Shown piece by piece: positions 10,336 through 20,848 of a stretch of DNA of 64,000 bases. The notes below the pieces were generated by a model that did not search any database, was not told the origin of the DNA, and saw nothing but the letters and a program-made list of their open reading frames with translations. Position 1 is the first letter of the stretch; each line of letters begins with the position of its first letter. The translations under genes were made by a program, and so were the position numbers. This stretch comes from Anaeromyxobacteraceae bacterium (GTDB taxonomy: Bacteria > Myxococcota > Myxococcia > Myxococcales > Anaeromyxobacteraceae), in contig JASGHJ010000002.1 of assembly GCA_047602405.1 (NCBI GenBank), positions 3,680,001 to 3,744,000 of the forward strand, in the 5' to 3' direction.

Positions 10336-11489
10336 GGCTGCTCGTCGCCGGCGGCGGCACGGGCGGCCACGTCTTCCCCGGCATCGCGCTCGCCGAGGAG
10401 GTGGTGGGCCGCCACCCGGACAACGACGTCGTGTTCGTCGGCACCTCCCGCGGCCTCGAGGCGAAGGTGGTGCCCGAGGCCGGGTTCCCGATCGAGCTCA
10501 TCGAGGTGAAGGGGCTCAAGGGGAAGGGGCTCTCGGCCTTCCTCTCGAGCCTGCTCCTCCTCCCGCGCGCGTTCCTCCAGTCCATCCGCATCCTCAAGAA
10601 GTGGCGGCCGGACGTGGTGGTGGGCGTGGGCGGCTACGCGAGCGGCCCGGTGGTCCTCGCGGCGTGGCTACTGCGCATCCCGACCGCGGTGCAGGAGCAG
10701 AACGCCCGCGCCGGCTTCACGAACCGGGTGCTGGGGAGCTTCGTGAAGGCCGTCTTCACCGCCTTCCCCGAGGCGAACGACCAGTTCCCGCCGCGCAAGG
10801 TCCACCAGCTCGGCAACCCCATCCGCCGGACGCTGATGGAGAACTTCATGCGGCCCGACACGCCGCACCCCGAGCCGCGGGTGCTGGTGTTCGGCGGCTC
10901 GCAGGGCGCCCACGCGCTCAACATGCGGGTCATCGAGGCGCTCCCGCACCTCGCCGACCTGCGCGAACGGATCCGCTTCACGCACCAGACGGGCGCGCGG
11001 GACCGGGAGCAGGTCGAGAAGGGCTACGCGGCCTGCGGGTTCCTCCCCGACGTGCGCGAGTTCATCTCCGACATGAGCACCGCCTACGCGGAGTGCGACC
11101 TCGTCGTCTGCCGCGCGGGCGCCACCACCATCGCCGAGCTCACCGTCTGCAAGCGGGCCTCGATCCTCATCCCCTTCCCGGCGGCGGCCGACAACCACCA
11201 GGTCGTGAACGCGCGCAGCCTCGCCGACGCCGGCGCGGCCGTGATGATCGAGGAGCGCGACCTCACCGGCGAGCTCCTCGCCCGCGAGATCCGCGGCCTG
11301 CTCGCGAGCCCGGAGCGGCGCGAGCGGATGGTGCGCGCGGCGGGCCTCGTGGGCGCGCCCCAGGCCTCGTCCGAGATCGCCGCCGTCCTGTCCGACCTCG
11401 TCCGGCGGCGCTGGGGCTCCCCGGCCGGCCGCCCGCGTGCCGCCGGCGAGAAGCCGGTCCGGCCCGTCCTGCCCGGAGGCAGCCCGTGA
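10332..11489 (+). CDS. murG: Lipid II GlcNAc transferase MurG
   Basis: [37 protein letters not shown] and HQVVNA. Confidence 0.97.
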   Translation: MRLLVAGGGTGGHVFPGIALAEEVVGRHPDNDVVFVGTSRGLEAKVVPEAGFPIELIEVKGLKGKGLSAFLSSLLLLPRAFLQSIRILKKWRPDVVVGVGGYASGPVVLAAWLLRIPTAVQEQNARAGFTNRVLGSFVKAVFTAFPEANDQFPPRKVHQLGNPIRRTLMENFMRPDTPHPEPRVLVFGGSQGAHALNMRVIEALPHLADLRERIRFTHQTGARDREQVEKGYAACGFLPDVREFISDMSTAYAECDLVVCRAGATTIAELTVCKRASILIPFPAAADNHQVVNARSLADAGAAVMIEERDLTGELLAREIRGLLASPERRERMVRAAGLVGAPQASSEIAAVLSDLVRRRWGSPAGRPRAAGEKPVRPVLPGGSP

Positions 11490-12862
11490 CCCTGTTCCGC
11501 TCCCGCCCCGCCCGCATCCACTTCGTCGGCATCGGCGGCATCGGGATGAGCGGCATCGCCGAGGTGCTGCTCAACCTCGGCTACGCCGTCACCGGCTCCG
11601 ACCTCAAGGCGAGCGACACCACCCGCCGGCTCGAGGGGCTCGGCGGCAAGGTCTTCGTCGGCCACGACGCCGCGCACGTCACCGCGGTGGACGTGGTGGT
11701 GACCTCCTCCGCGGTCCGCCGGGACAACCCGGAGGTGGTGGAGGCCCGCCGCCGGAAGATCCCGCTCATCCCGCGGGCCGAGATGCTCGCCGAGCTCATG
11801 CGGCTCAAGTACGGCGTCGCGATCGCGGGCTCGCACGGGAAGACCACCACCACCTCCATGGCCGCCCACGTGCTCGCCGCCGCCGGGCTCGACCCGACCG
11901 CGGTGGTCGGCGGCAAGGTGAACTCCTTCGGCTCGAACGCGAAGCTCGGGCGCGGCGAGTACATGGTGGTCGAGGCGGACGAGTCCGACGGCTCGTTCCT
12001 GCACATCCCGCCCACCATCGCGATCGTCACGAACGTCGACCCCGAGCACCTCGACCACTGGAAGACGGTCGAGGCGCTGCGCCGAGGCTTCGTCGACTTC
12101 GTGAACCGGGTGCCGTTCTACGGCCTCGCGATCCTCTGCATCGACCACCCGGGCGTGCAGTCGCTCATCCCGGACATCGAGAGCCGCTACGTCACCTACG
12201 GAGAGAGCCACCAGGCCGACTACCGGGCCGACCGGATCTCGGTCGAGGGGCCGTCGGTCACCTTCGACGCGTTCCACGGCGAGCAGGCGCTGGGGCGGTT
12301 CGAGGTGGCGATGGTGGGCCGCCACAACGCGCTCAACGCGCTCGCGGTCATCGCGCTCGCCGACGAGATGGGCGTGCCGGTCGACGCGACCCGCGAGGCC
12401 CTGAGGGGCTTCGGCGGCGTGCAGCGCCGCTTCACCCTGCGCGGCGAGGCGGCGGGCGTCACGGTCGTCGACGACTACGGCCACCACCCCGCCGAGGTGA
12501 AGGCCACCCTCGCCGGCGCCCACGAGGCCTACCGGCGGCGGGTCGTGTGCGTGTTCCAGCCGCACCGCTACACCCGCACCCGCGACCTCCTGGCCGACTT
12601 CGCCATCGCGTTCAACCACGCCGACGTGCTGCTCGTGACGGACGTCTACGCCGCCGGCGAGGACCCGATCCCCGGCGCGACCGCCCCGTCGCTCGTCGAC
12701 GCCATCCGCGCGAGCGGGCACAGGGACGTGCACCACGTGCCGCGCGCCGAGCTCGCGCGGGCCGCGAAGGAGCGCGTGCGCCCGGGCGACCTCGTGCTCA
12801 CGCTCGGCGCGGGCGACGTGACCGCGGTCGGGCCGGAGCTCCTGAAGCTCCTGGAGACCTAG
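11486..12862 (+). CDS. murC: UDP-N-acetylmuramate--L-alanine ligase MurC
   Basis: [39 protein letters not shown] and FQPHRYTRT. Confidence 0.97.
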   Translation: MTLFRSRPARIHFVGIGGIGMSGIAEVLLNLGYAVTGSDLKASDTTRRLEGLGGKVFVGHDAAHVTAVDVVVTSSAVRRDNPEVVEARRRKIPLIPRAEMLAELMRLKYGVAIAGSHGKTTTTSMAAHVLAAAGLDPTAVVGGKVNSFGSNAKLGRGEYMVVEADESDGSFLHIPPTIAIVTNVDPEHLDHWKTVEALRRGFVDFVNRVPFYGLAILCIDHPGVQSLIPDIESRYVTYGESHQADYRADRISVEGPSVTFDAFHGEQALGRFEVAMVGRHNALNALAVIALADEMGVPVDATREALRGFGGVQRRFTLRGEAAGVTVVDDYGHHPAEVKATLAGAHEAYRRRVVCVFQPHRYTRTRDLLADFAIAFNHADVLLVTDVYAAGEDPIPGATAPSLVDAIRASGHRDVHHVPRAELARAAKERVRPGDLVLTLGAGDVTAVGPELLKLLET

Positions 12863-12875
12863 AGAGAGCGCGCCG

Positions 12876-13820
12876 ATGGACTGGCGGGACGAGATCGAGC
12901 GGCGGGTCCGCGGGGAGCACCTGCGCGACGCCCCGCTCGCGACGCGCACCGCGGTGCGCGTGGGCGGGCCGGCGGACCTCCTCGTCCGGCCGGCCGACCC
13001 CGACGCGCTCGCCGCGCTGCTCCGCGCGGTCAGGGAGCTCGGCGTCCCGCTGCACGTGCTCGGCGGCGGCGCGAACACGCTCGTCGCCGACGCGGGCTTC
13101 CGCGGGTGCGTGCTGCGGCTCCCGACCGAGCTGGGCGGCGAGTCGGCCGACGGTGAGCGGCTCGTGCTCCCCGCCGGCGCGCCGACGACGCGGCTGTGGA
13201 CCCGGGCGCACCAGGCCGGCCTCGCGGGCATGGAGTTCATCGCGGGGATCCCCGGCACGCTCGGCGGCTGCACCGCCATGAACGCCGGGACGAAGCTCGG
13301 CGAGATGAAGGACGTGGTCGAGCGGGTGGAGCTCGCGACCGCCGACGGCGCCGGCTTCGTCGACGCCGCCGCGCTCGCGTTCCGGTACCGGTACGCGCGG
13401 CTCCCGGCCGGCGCGGTCGTGACGCGGGTCGCCTTCCGGCTCCGCCGCGCCGACGCGGCCGGGCTCGCGGAGAGCGAGCGGCTCATGCGCGAGGACCAGG
13501 AGAAGCGCCGGCGCACGCAGCCCTACGACAAGCCCACCTTCGGCTCGACCTTCACGAACCCGCCCGGCGACTTCGCCGGCCGGCTCATCGAGGCCGCGGG
13601 CCTGAAGGGCCACCGGATCGGCAACGCGGTCTGGTCGCCGGTGCACGCGAACTTCGTCTCGAACCTCGGCGGCGCGACCGCCGCGGACGTGCTCGGGCTC
13701 ATGCGCCTCGCGCGGGAGACGGTGAGGGCGCGGTTCGGGATCGACCTCGAGACCGAGGTCCGGCTCGTGGGGGCGTTCCGCCCCGGCGAGACCGCGGGGC
13801 TGGGGCATCACGGAGTCTAG
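12876..13820 (+). CDS. murB: UDP-N-acetylenolpyruvoylglucosamine reductase MurB
   Basis: RVGGPAD, GIPGTLGG..MNAG, TQP..PTFGSTF.NP, HANF and LETEV. Confidence 0.95.
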   Translation: MDWRDEIERRVRGEHLRDAPLATRTAVRVGGPADLLVRPADPDALAALLRAVRELGVPLHVLGGGANTLVADAGFRGCVLRLPTELGGESADGERLVLPAGAPTTRLWTRAHQAGLAGMEFIAGIPGTLGGCTAMNAGTKLGEMKDVVERVELATADGAGFVDAAALAFRYRYARLPAGAVVTRVAFRLRRADAAGLAESERLMREDQEKRRRTQPYDKPTFGSTFTNPPGDFAGRLIEAAGLKGHRIGNAVWSPVHANFVSNLGGATAADVLGLMRLARETVRARFGIDLETEVRLVGAFRPGETAGLGHHGV

Positions 13821-13833
13821 GAGAACGAGGCAC

Positions 13834-14760
13834 ATGGGCATCTGGAGCGGGAAGAAGGTGGCGGTGCTGTACGGCGGGCGGTCCTCCGAGCGCGAGGTCT
13901 CGCTCAAGACGGGCGCGGCGTGCGCGGAGGCGCTCGCCTCGAAGGGCTACGCGGTCGAGCTCGTGGACGTGGACCTCGACGTCGCGGCGCGCCTGCGCAC
14001 GCTCGGGATCGACGTCGCGTTCGTGGCGCTGCACGGCCGCTACGGCGAGGACGGCTGCATCCAGGGGCTCCTGGAGTCGATGGGGCTGCCGTACACCGGC
14101 TCCGGCGTCACCTCCTCCGCCCTCGGCATGGACAAGACGCTCTCGAAGCGGATGTTCGGCGCCATCGGCCTGTCGGTCATCGACTACCGGGCGTTCCCCC
14201 GCGAGCAGGCGGCCGAGATCCGCCCGCGCGACCTCCCCTTCGGCCTGCCCGCGGTCGTGAAGCCCGCCGGCGAGGGCTCGAGCGTGGGCGTCACGATCGC
14301 GAAGGACCCCGCCGCGTTCCAGGCCGCCTGCCTCGAGGCCGCGAAGTGGAAGGGCGACGTCATCGTCGAGCGCTACGTCAAGGGCACCGAGGTGAACGTC
14401 GCGGTCCTCGACGGGAAGGCCCTCGGCGCCGTCGAGATCGCCCCGGAGCGCGAGTTCTACGACTACGCCGCGAAGTACACGGCCGGCACGACGAAGTACC
14501 ACGTGCCGCCCAGGATCCCCGAGTCGCAGGTCCGGAGCGCGTGCGACGCGGCGGAGCGGGCGCACAGGGGGCTCGGGTGCAGCGGGGTGTCGCGCGTCGA
14601 CTTCATCGTCGCCGCCGACGGGACGCCGTTCATCCTCGAGGTGAACACGCTGCCCGGGATGACGGGGACGTCGCTCGTGCCGAAGATCGCGGCGGGGGCG
14701 GGGATCCCGTTCCCGGACCTGTGCGAGAGGATCCTGGACCTGGCGGGACTGAAGGCCTGA
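13834..14760 (+). CDS. ddl: D-alanine--D-alanine ligase
   Basis: GG.SSEREVS, LHGRYGEDG, GSSVG, FYDY.AKY and LEVNTLPGMT.TSL. Confidence 0.97.
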   Translation: MGIWSGKKVAVLYGGRSSEREVSLKTGAACAEALASKGYAVELVDVDLDVAARLRTLGIDVAFVALHGRYGEDGCIQGLLESMGLPYTGSGVTSSALGMDKTLSKRMFGAIGLSVIDYRAFPREQAAEIRPRDLPFGLPAVVKPAGEGSSVGVTIAKDPAAFQAACLEAAKWKGDVIVERYVKGTEVNVAVLDGKALGAVEIAPEREFYDYAAKYTAGTTKYHVPPRIPESQVRSACDAAERAHRGLGCSGVSRVDFIVAADGTPFILEVNTLPGMTGTSLVPKIAAGAGIPFPDLCERILDLAGLKA

Positions 14761-14782
14761 TCCGGACGTTGGGGGCCCCGGG

Positions 14783-15562
14783 TCAGTCGCTCATCACGCT
14801 CGACCGCCAAATCTCGCGGAGCTTCCCCTGCTCCACGAGGAAGACCTGCTCCATCGTCCACCCGCACTCGCAGCAGACCGACGCGCCGCGCAGGTAGACC
14901 CGCCCCGCGAGCCGGAACGCCACCGGCTCCTCGGAGCACGCCCGGAACGGCGCGGCGGGGCCGTCCTTGGCGAGTGCGAGCAGCGGGCCGTTCGTGCGCA
15001 GGAAGCCGTCGCCGCGGTCGTCGTCGACCGAGAAGCGCAGCAGCATCGGGCTCCGCCGCACGCCGTCCAGCTCGACCACCCGGGAGGCCTCGGCCGGCAG
15101 CTCGAGCTCGCCGAGCCCGGAGTCCTCGGCGAGGTCGCGCACGAGGCGGCGTGCCCACTCGGTCTCGCCGGGCGCCTTCGGCCGGCGGAACGTGGGCACC
15201 GGGACGAGCGGGATCCGCTCGAGCGGCTCGCGCGCGTGCACGACGGCGATCGTGCGGCGCGGGAGGTCGCAGGTGCGGCCGAGGAGCTCGGTCCCCGGCA
15301 GGGACGCCTGCCGCTCGCCCTGCGCGTGCTCGGAGGCGCCTTCGGCGTCGGGCCGCCGCCAGGTGACGCGCTTCCCGGTCGTGAGCCGGCAGCCGGGCGG
15401 CGCGCCGAGGAGGCGCACCGGTTCGCCCGAGGCGAACTCGCCGAGCACGCAGTCCACGGAGGTGCCCTCGGCCGTCTCGCACGTCGCGGGCAGCGTGAAC
15501 GCCGGCGCCGGGCGCGGACTTGCCCCGGCGAGCAGCGCGAGGGCGAGGGCGAGCGGCGGCAT
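14783..15562 (-). CDS. Hypothetical secreted Cys-rich protein inserted antisense within the dcw cluster
   Basis: ORF fills the ddl-ftsQ gap; signal-peptide-like MPPLALALALLAGA; ~8 Cys including CCECG; alternative start at 15574. Confidence 0.7.
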   Translation of the reverse strand: MPPLALALALLAGASPRPAPAFTLPATCETAEGTSVDCVLGEFASGEPVRLLGAPPGCRLTTGKRVTWRRPDAEGASEHAQGERQASLPGTELLGRTCDLPRRTIAVVHAREPLERIPLVPVPTFRRPKAPGETEWARRLVRDLAEDSGLGELELPAEASRVVELDGVRRSPMLLRFSVDDDRGDGFLRTNGPLLALAKDGPAAPFRACSEEPVAFRLAGRVYLRGASVCCECGWTMEQVFLVEQGKLREIWRSSVMSD

Positions 15563-15812
15563 GGCGGGGGCCATCCTGCCACCACCGAGGCACCGGAGGG
15601 AGACCTGCGGTCAGGCTGCCCCGGGTGGTGCGGTGTCCGGCCCCCGACCGCGGGCCGCGCGCGCGGTCGAGCGCCCGGGACGAAAGGAGGGCACCGGCCG
15701 AAAACTTGCGTCTCGCCGCTGGCGGGGGATGCTGCCATCGGGCGATAGCGCCCGCGCGTCGGGAGGTGTCGGCGCGCGGCGGCGCGAGGGTCGCAGAGGG
15801 GCGGAGGTGGCG

Positions 15813-16658
15813 GTGGCGCGGGCGGGCGGGAACCGGAGGAAGGTGGACGTGCCGCCCGGCGAGCGCCGGCGCCAGGCGCTCCGGCTGCTCGGCCTCGTGG
15901 CGCCGACGGCCACGGTGCTCGCCCTCCTCGCCGGCCTCGGCTGGCTCGGCTACGCGAAGGCGGTCGAGGGCGAGGCCCTGCGCATCCGCGAGCTCCGCAT
16001 CGAGGGCAACGAGCGCGCGCTCCGGGAGGAGCTCGTGGAGCTCTGCCCGGTGAAGCCGGGCGACCACCTCCTCCTCGCCGACACCGACCTCGTCGAGCGC
16101 GGCCTCCGCCGCCACCCGTGGGTGGCCTCGGCCGAGGTGCGCCGCGTGCTGCCGCCCGCGCTCGAGATCCGCGTGACCGAGCGCCGCGCGGTGGCGCTCG
16201 TCGAGCTCGGCGGCCTCTACCTCGTGGACGAGCGCGGCCAGGTGTTCAAGAAGGCCGCGCCCGGCGACGGCCTCGATCTCCCGCTCGTGACCGGGCTCAC
16301 CCGGCGCGACTGGCTCGACGGCGTCCCGGAGTCGTCGGTGCGCCTCGACGGCGCGCTCGCGCTCCTCGCGCGCTGGTCGGAGCAGCGGCTCGACCGGAAG
16401 TTCCCCATCTCGCAGGTGCACCTCGACCCCGACTTCGGCACCACCGTCTGGATCGGCGACGACGGCGTCGAGATCCGGCTCGGCACGGGCGACCTCCCCG
16501 AGAAGCTCGCGCGCATGGAGCGCGTCCTCGCGGCGGTGCAGGCGGAGGGCAAGAAGGCGGCGGTGGTGCACCTCGACAACCGGCGGCGCCCGGACTGGGT
16601 GGCCGTGCGGTTCGCGGATTCGCAGCTCGATGTCCCCGCTCGCCGGGGGCATCCGTAG
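15813..16658 (+). CDS. ftsQ: Cell division protein FtsQ
   Basis: GGAGG RBS before GTG 15813; TM, POTRA region (HPWVASAEVRR.LP..LEIRVTER) and LPLVTG; precedes ftsA. Confidence 0.92.
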   Translation: MARAGGNRRKVDVPPGERRRQALRLLGLVAPTATVLALLAGLGWLGYAKAVEGEALRIRELRIEGNERALREELVELCPVKPGDHLLLADTDLVERGLRRHPWVASAEVRRVLPPALEIRVTERRAVALVELGGLYLVDERGQVFKKAAPGDGLDLPLVTGLTRRDWLDGVPESSVRLDGALALLARWSEQRLDRKFPISQVHLDPDFGTTVWIGDDGVEIRLGTGDLPEKLARMERVLAAVQAEGKKAAVVHLDNRRRPDWVAVRFADSQLDVPARRGHP

Positions 16659-16662
16659 CATC

Positions 16663-16766
16663 GACGAAGGTCCGCGAAGCGGACCGGAGTCCTGAGCGTA
16701 GGCCCGCGCAGGCGGGCCGTGGTCGAAGGACGCAGCCTCCGGGCGGAGACGCTCGGGGTGGGCGGG
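16663..16766. repeat. Cluster of REP-like repeat copies in the ftsQ-ftsA spacer
   Basis: GACGAAGG-TCCGC-GAA-GCGGA-CCGGAGTC, then CCTGAGCGTAGG-CCCGC..GCGGG-CCGTGGTCGAAGGAC, then a reverse fragment ACGCTCGGGGTGGGCGGG; same family as the copies at 9035 and 21182. Confidence 0.75.
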
Positions 16767-16869
16767 TGGTGGCGAGGCGCCGGTCGGCGGCGCCGAGCCG
16801 TGGGAGGCGGTCCGAGAGGGCCGCGGTGGGGCGGAGCGCGACGGCGCCTCCCGCCCGGAGGCTGTAGAC

Positions 16870-18099
16870 ATGGCGAAGAGCGGCGACATCCTCGTCGGCC
16901 TGGACATCGGCACCACGAAGATCTGCGCGATCGTCGGCGAGGTCACCGACGAGGGCCTGGACATCATCGGCATCGGCACGCACCCCTCGAAGGGGCTGCG
17001 CAAGGGGGTGGTCGTCAACATCGACGCCACCGTCGCCTCGATCAAGCGCGCGATCGAGGAGGCCGAGCACATGGCCGGGTGCGAGATCACCACGGTCTAC
17101 ACCGGCATCGCCGGCGGCCACATCAAGGCGTTCCCGTCCCACGGCGTCGTCGCCGTGAAGGACAAGGAGGTGCGCCAGCAGGACGTCGACCGGGTCATCG
17201 ACCAGGCGAAGGCGGTCGCGATCCCGCTCGACCGCGAGGTCATCCACGTGCTCCCGCAGGAGTTCATCGTGGACGATCAGGACGGCGTGAAGGAGCCGGT
17301 GGGCATGAGCGGCGTCCGCCTCGAGGCGAAGGCGCTCATCGTGACCGGCGCGGTCTCCTCCGCCCAGAACATCGTGAAGTGCGCGCAGCGCACCGGCCTG
17401 AACGTCGCCGACATCGTGCTGCAGCCGCTCGCCTCCTCCCTCGCGACGCTCTCCGAGGACGAGAAGGAGCTCGGCGTGTGCCTCGTCGACATCGGCGGCG
17501 GCACGACCGACATCGCCATCTTCCACAACGGCGCCATCCAGCACACCGCCGTCATCTCGCTCGGCGGCAACCACCTCACGAACGACGTGGCGGTGGGCCT
17601 GCGCACCCCGACCCATGAGGCCGAGCGCATCAAGAAGCAGTACGGCTGCGCGATGGCCGCGTCGGTCGACAAGGCCGAGACCATCGAGGTCCCGAGCGTG
17701 GGCGGCGGCCAGCCGCGCGTGCTCTCCCGCCAGATCCTCGCCGAGATCATCGAGCCGCGCGTCGAGGAGATCTTCATGCTGGTCCAGCACGAGATCCAGA
17801 AGTGCGGGATGGAGGAGATCCTCGCCTCCGGCGTCGTCATCACCGGCGGCTCGACGCTCCTCTCCGGCATGCCGGAGATGGCCGAGGAGGTGCTGGGGGT
17901 CCCGGTGCGCCGCGGCCTCCCGAAGGGCATCGGCGGCCTCGTCGACGTCGTGAAGAGCCCGATGTACGCGACCGCGGTCGGCCTCGTGCTCTACGGCGGG
18001 CACCAGCAGGAGGTCCGCCCCTACTTCAAGATCCGCGACGAGAACGTCTACCGCCGGGTGAAGGACCGCATGAAGGAGTGGCTCGGGCAGGTGTTCTAG
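16870..18099 (+). CDS. ftsA: Cell division protein FtsA
   Basis: GLDIGTTKI, GLRKGVVVNI, VDIGGGTTD and GVVITGG. Confidence 0.98.
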   Translation: MAKSGDILVGLDIGTTKICAIVGEVTDEGLDIIGIGTHPSKGLRKGVVVNIDATVASIKRAIEEAEHMAGCEITTVYTGIAGGHIKAFPSHGVVAVKDKEVRQQDVDRVIDQAKAVAIPLDREVIHVLPQEFIVDDQDGVKEPVGMSGVRLEAKALIVTGAVSSAQNIVKCAQRTGLNVADIVLQPLASSLATLSEDEKELGVCLVDIGGGTTDIAIFHNGAIQHTAVISLGGNHLTNDVAVGLRTPTHEAERIKKQYGCAMAASVDKAETIEVPSVGGGQPRVLSRQILAEIIEPRVEEIFMLVQHEIQKCGMEEILASGVVITGGSTLLSGMPEMAEEVLGVPVRRGLPKGIGGLVDVVKSPMYATAVGLVLYGGHQQEVRPYFKIRDENVYRRVKDRMKEWLGQVF

Positions 18100-18117
18100 C
18101 CACCGGGAGACACCGAG

Positions 18118-19350
18118 ATGATCGAGTACACCGACAAGCAGGACTCGGCCCGGATCAAGGTCATCGGCGTGGGCGGCGGCGGTGGCAACGCCGTCAACAC
18201 GATGGTCGCGAGCCGCCTCGAGGGCGTGGAGTTCATCGCCGCCAACACCGACGTGCAGGCGCTCAACGCCAACCGCGCCGGCACGAAGATCCAGCTCGGC
18301 CGGTCCGCCTCCCGCGGCCTGGGCGCGGGCGCCAACCCGGACGTGGGCCGCACCGCCGCGCTCGAGGAGCGGGAGCAGATCCTGGCCGCGCTCGACGGCG
18401 CGGACATGGTCTTCGTGACCGCCGGCATGGGCGGCGGCACCGGCACCGGCGGCGCCCCCGTCGTGGCCGACATCGCGAAGCAGACCGGCGCGCTCACCGT
18501 CGGCGTCGTCACGAAGCCCTTCCTCTTCGAGGGCAACAAGCGCCGCAAGCAGGCCGAGGCCGGCCTCGCCGAGCTGAAGGCCGCGGTCGACACGCTGATC
18601 GTGATCCCGAACCAGCGCCTCCTCTCGGTCGCCGGCGAGAACATGTCGCTCGCCGACGCGTTCAAGCGGGCCGACGAGGTGCTGCTCAACGCGGTGCAGG
18701 GCATCTCCGACCTCATCACCGTGCACGGGCTCGTGAACGTCGACTTCGCCGACGTCCGCACCATCATGAGCGAGCAGGGCATGGCGCTCATGGGCACCGG
18801 CCGCGCCGGCGGCGACCGCCGCGCGGTCGAGGCCATGCAGGCGGCCATCTCGTCGCCGCTCCTCGAGGACGTCCAGCTCGACGGCGCGACCGGCCTCCTC
18901 GTCAACATCACCGGCGGGCCGAACCTGACGCTCCGCGAGGTCGACGAGGCGGTCTCGATGGCGCAGACGGCGGCCGACCCCGACGCCAACATCATCTTCG
19001 GCTCGGTGGTCGACGAGACGCTCGGCGACGAGATCAAGATCACCGTCATCGCGACCGGCTTCGCCCCGGCCGGTGCGCCCGCCGGCCGCGCCACCTCGCG
19101 GCTCGTGCAGGTCCCGAAGGAGGCGCCCGTCGCGCAGGTCCGCGTCGCGCGCGAGACGCCGCCGCCGCTCCCGGTCGAGAAGAAGGAGCCGCTCAAGCTC
19201 CAGACGGTCGTCCCGGCCCCGAAGCGCGAGACGGTGACCGTGAAGGCCACCCGGCGCGTCGAGACGAAGCCCTACCAGCCGTCCGACGAGGACCAGTACG
19301 ACATCCCGACCTTCCTCCGGAAGGGCGGGCCGCCGCCGTCGCAGGAGTGA
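18118..19350 (+). CDS. ftsZ: Cell division protein FtsZ
   Basis: [31 protein letters not shown] and C-terminal YDIPTFLRK. Confidence 0.99.
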   Translation: MIEYTDKQDSARIKVIGVGGGGGNAVNTMVASRLEGVEFIAANTDVQALNANRAGTKIQLGRSASRGLGAGANPDVGRTAALEEREQILAALDGADMVFVTAGMGGGTGTGGAPVVADIAKQTGALTVGVVTKPFLFEGNKRRKQAEAGLAELKAAVDTLIVIPNQRLLSVAGENMSLADAFKRADEVLLNAVQGISDLITVHGLVNVDFADVRTIMSEQGMALMGTGRAGGDRRAVEAMQAAISSPLLEDVQLDGATGLLVNITGGPNLTLREVDEAVSMAQTAADPDANIIFGSVVDETLGDEIKITVIATGFAPAGAPAGRATSRLVQVPKEAPVAQVRVARETPPPLPVEKKEPLKLQTVVPAPKRETVTVKATRRVETKPYQPSDEDQYDIPTFLRKGGPPPSQE

Positions 19351-19353
19351 CGG

Positions 19354-19992
19354 TCAGGCCGGGGGGATCGGCGGCACCGGCGCGTCCGGCAGGTCCGGCG
19401 CGGGCACGCCGCCGATCCCGAGCATCACCGCGATGGGCCGCTGCGCCGCGATGACGAGCGTGGCGAGCTCCGCGAGCGGCAACCCGACGAGCTCCGCGCC
19501 CTTCGTGAGGTAGCTGCGGTCCACCGACCGCGCGAAGGCCTTGTCCTTCGTCTTCTTCACGACCGACGCCGCCTCGAGGTCCAGCACCGACCGCGAGGGC
19601 CGCACGAGCGCGCAGGCGCCCACGAACCCGGTCAGCTCGTCGGCGGCCACGATTGCGCGCTCCATCGGCGACTCGGCCGGGATGCCGGTGTGAAACGCGT
19701 GCGCGCCGATGGCCCGCACGATCGGCTCCGGCCAGCCCTGCCCGCGCAGGATCTCCATGCCGCGCGCGGGGTGGTCGGCCTCGGTCGGGAACCGCTCGTA
19801 GTCGAAGTCGTGGAGGAGCCCGACGAGGCCCCACGTCTCGACCGTGTCGCCGAGGCTGCCGGCGTCCGGCACGCCCGCGCGGCGCGCGAGCGCCCGCATC
19901 GAGGCCTCGACCGCGAGGGCGTGGCGCCGGAGCGCCTGCGATGGCGTGTACGCGCAGACGAGCGCCCAGGCGGCCTCGCGCGACGGGATCAT
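19354..19992 (-). CDS. HD/HDIG-domain phosphohydrolase
   Basis: LRRHALAVEASM...GLLHDFDYE...HP..G...IGAH...AADELTGF; start overlaps the methyltransferase stop. Confidence 0.88.
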   Translation of the reverse strand: MIPSREAAWALVCAYTPSQALRRHALAVEASMRALARRAGVPDAGSLGDTVETWGLVGLLHDFDYERFPTEADHPARGMEILRGQGWPEPIVRAIGAHAFHTGIPAESPMERAIVAADELTGFVGACALVRPSRSVLDLEAASVVKKTKDKAFARSVDRSYLTKGAELVGLPLAELATLVIAAQRPIAVMLGIGGVPAPDLPDAPVPPIPPA

Positions 19993-20834
19993 GGGCTCCC
20001 CTCCTCGTGGCTCACCGGGCCCGGCCGCACGCCCTCCACCCAGGGCGCGGCGTAGCCGATGCTCGCGCCGGGCCGCTCGCCGAACGCGACGAGCGCCGCG
20101 GCGGCGGCGTCCACCTCGGCGCCGGTGACCATCCCGGTCGCCGCGATGGCCTCGCGCGCGCCGGCGAGGTTGCCCGCGAGGTTCCGGGCGAAGCCCGGGA
20201 ACGCCGGGTCGCCCTGGCAGGCGCCGAAGAAGATCCAGGTCGAGCGGCGCGGAAGTGCCCCGGCGCCCACGAGCAGCGAGGCGAGCCGCCGCCCGACGTA
20301 CGGATCGTTGCCGAGCCGGTCGTAGGTCCGCACGAACGCGTCCCAGACCGCGCGGACGCCGGGGGGCTCCGGGTGCAGGCGCAGCAGCGAGTGATCGTCG
20401 TCGCAGAGCACGACGCGCCCGCCGGGGCGGACCGCCCGCACCATCCCGGCGACCACCACCTCCGGCGCGGGCACGTGCTCGAGCACGAACCGCGCGTGGG
20501 CGAGGTCGAAGGTGCCCCACTCGTCGCCGCGCAGGGGCAGGTCGAGCGCGTCGCCCTGGCGGAGCTCGAGCGCGCCGCCGCCGGGCTCCGCCGCCCCGAG
20601 CGCGCGGGCCCGCTCGAGCTGCTCCGGGCTCCGCTCGACGCCGAGCGCTGACCGCCCCGCCGCGCGCGCCATCGCCCGGCCGAGGTGGCCGAGGCCGCAG
20701 CCGACGTCGAGGACCCGCTCGCCCGGCCGCACCGCGACCTCGCGCAGGCAGGCGCCGTTCAGGAGGTCGTTGAGGAGCGCGAGCCGCGCCTGCTCCTCGG
20801 GGGTCGTGCCGTGGATGTAGCGCGAGTCGGCCAT
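19989..20834 (-). CDS. Class I SAM-dependent methyltransferase
   Basis: YIHG...EQARL, VLDVGCGLG, FDLAHARFVLEH and VRPGG. Confidence 0.9.
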   Translation of the reverse strand: MADSRYIHGTTPEEQARLALLNDLLNGACLREVAVRPGERVLDVGCGLGHLGRAMARAAGRSALGVERSPEQLERARALGAAEPGGGALELRQGDALDLPLRGDEWGTFDLAHARFVLEHVPAPEVVVAGMVRAVRPGGRVVLCDDDHSLLRLHPEPPGVRAVWDAFVRTYDRLGNDPYVGRRLASLLVGAGALPRRSTWIFFGACQGDPAFPGFARNLAGNLAGAREAIAATGMVTGAEVDAAAAALVAFGERPGASIGYAAPWVEGVRPGPVSHEEGSP

Positions 20835-20848
20835 GGTGCGCGCGCTCC

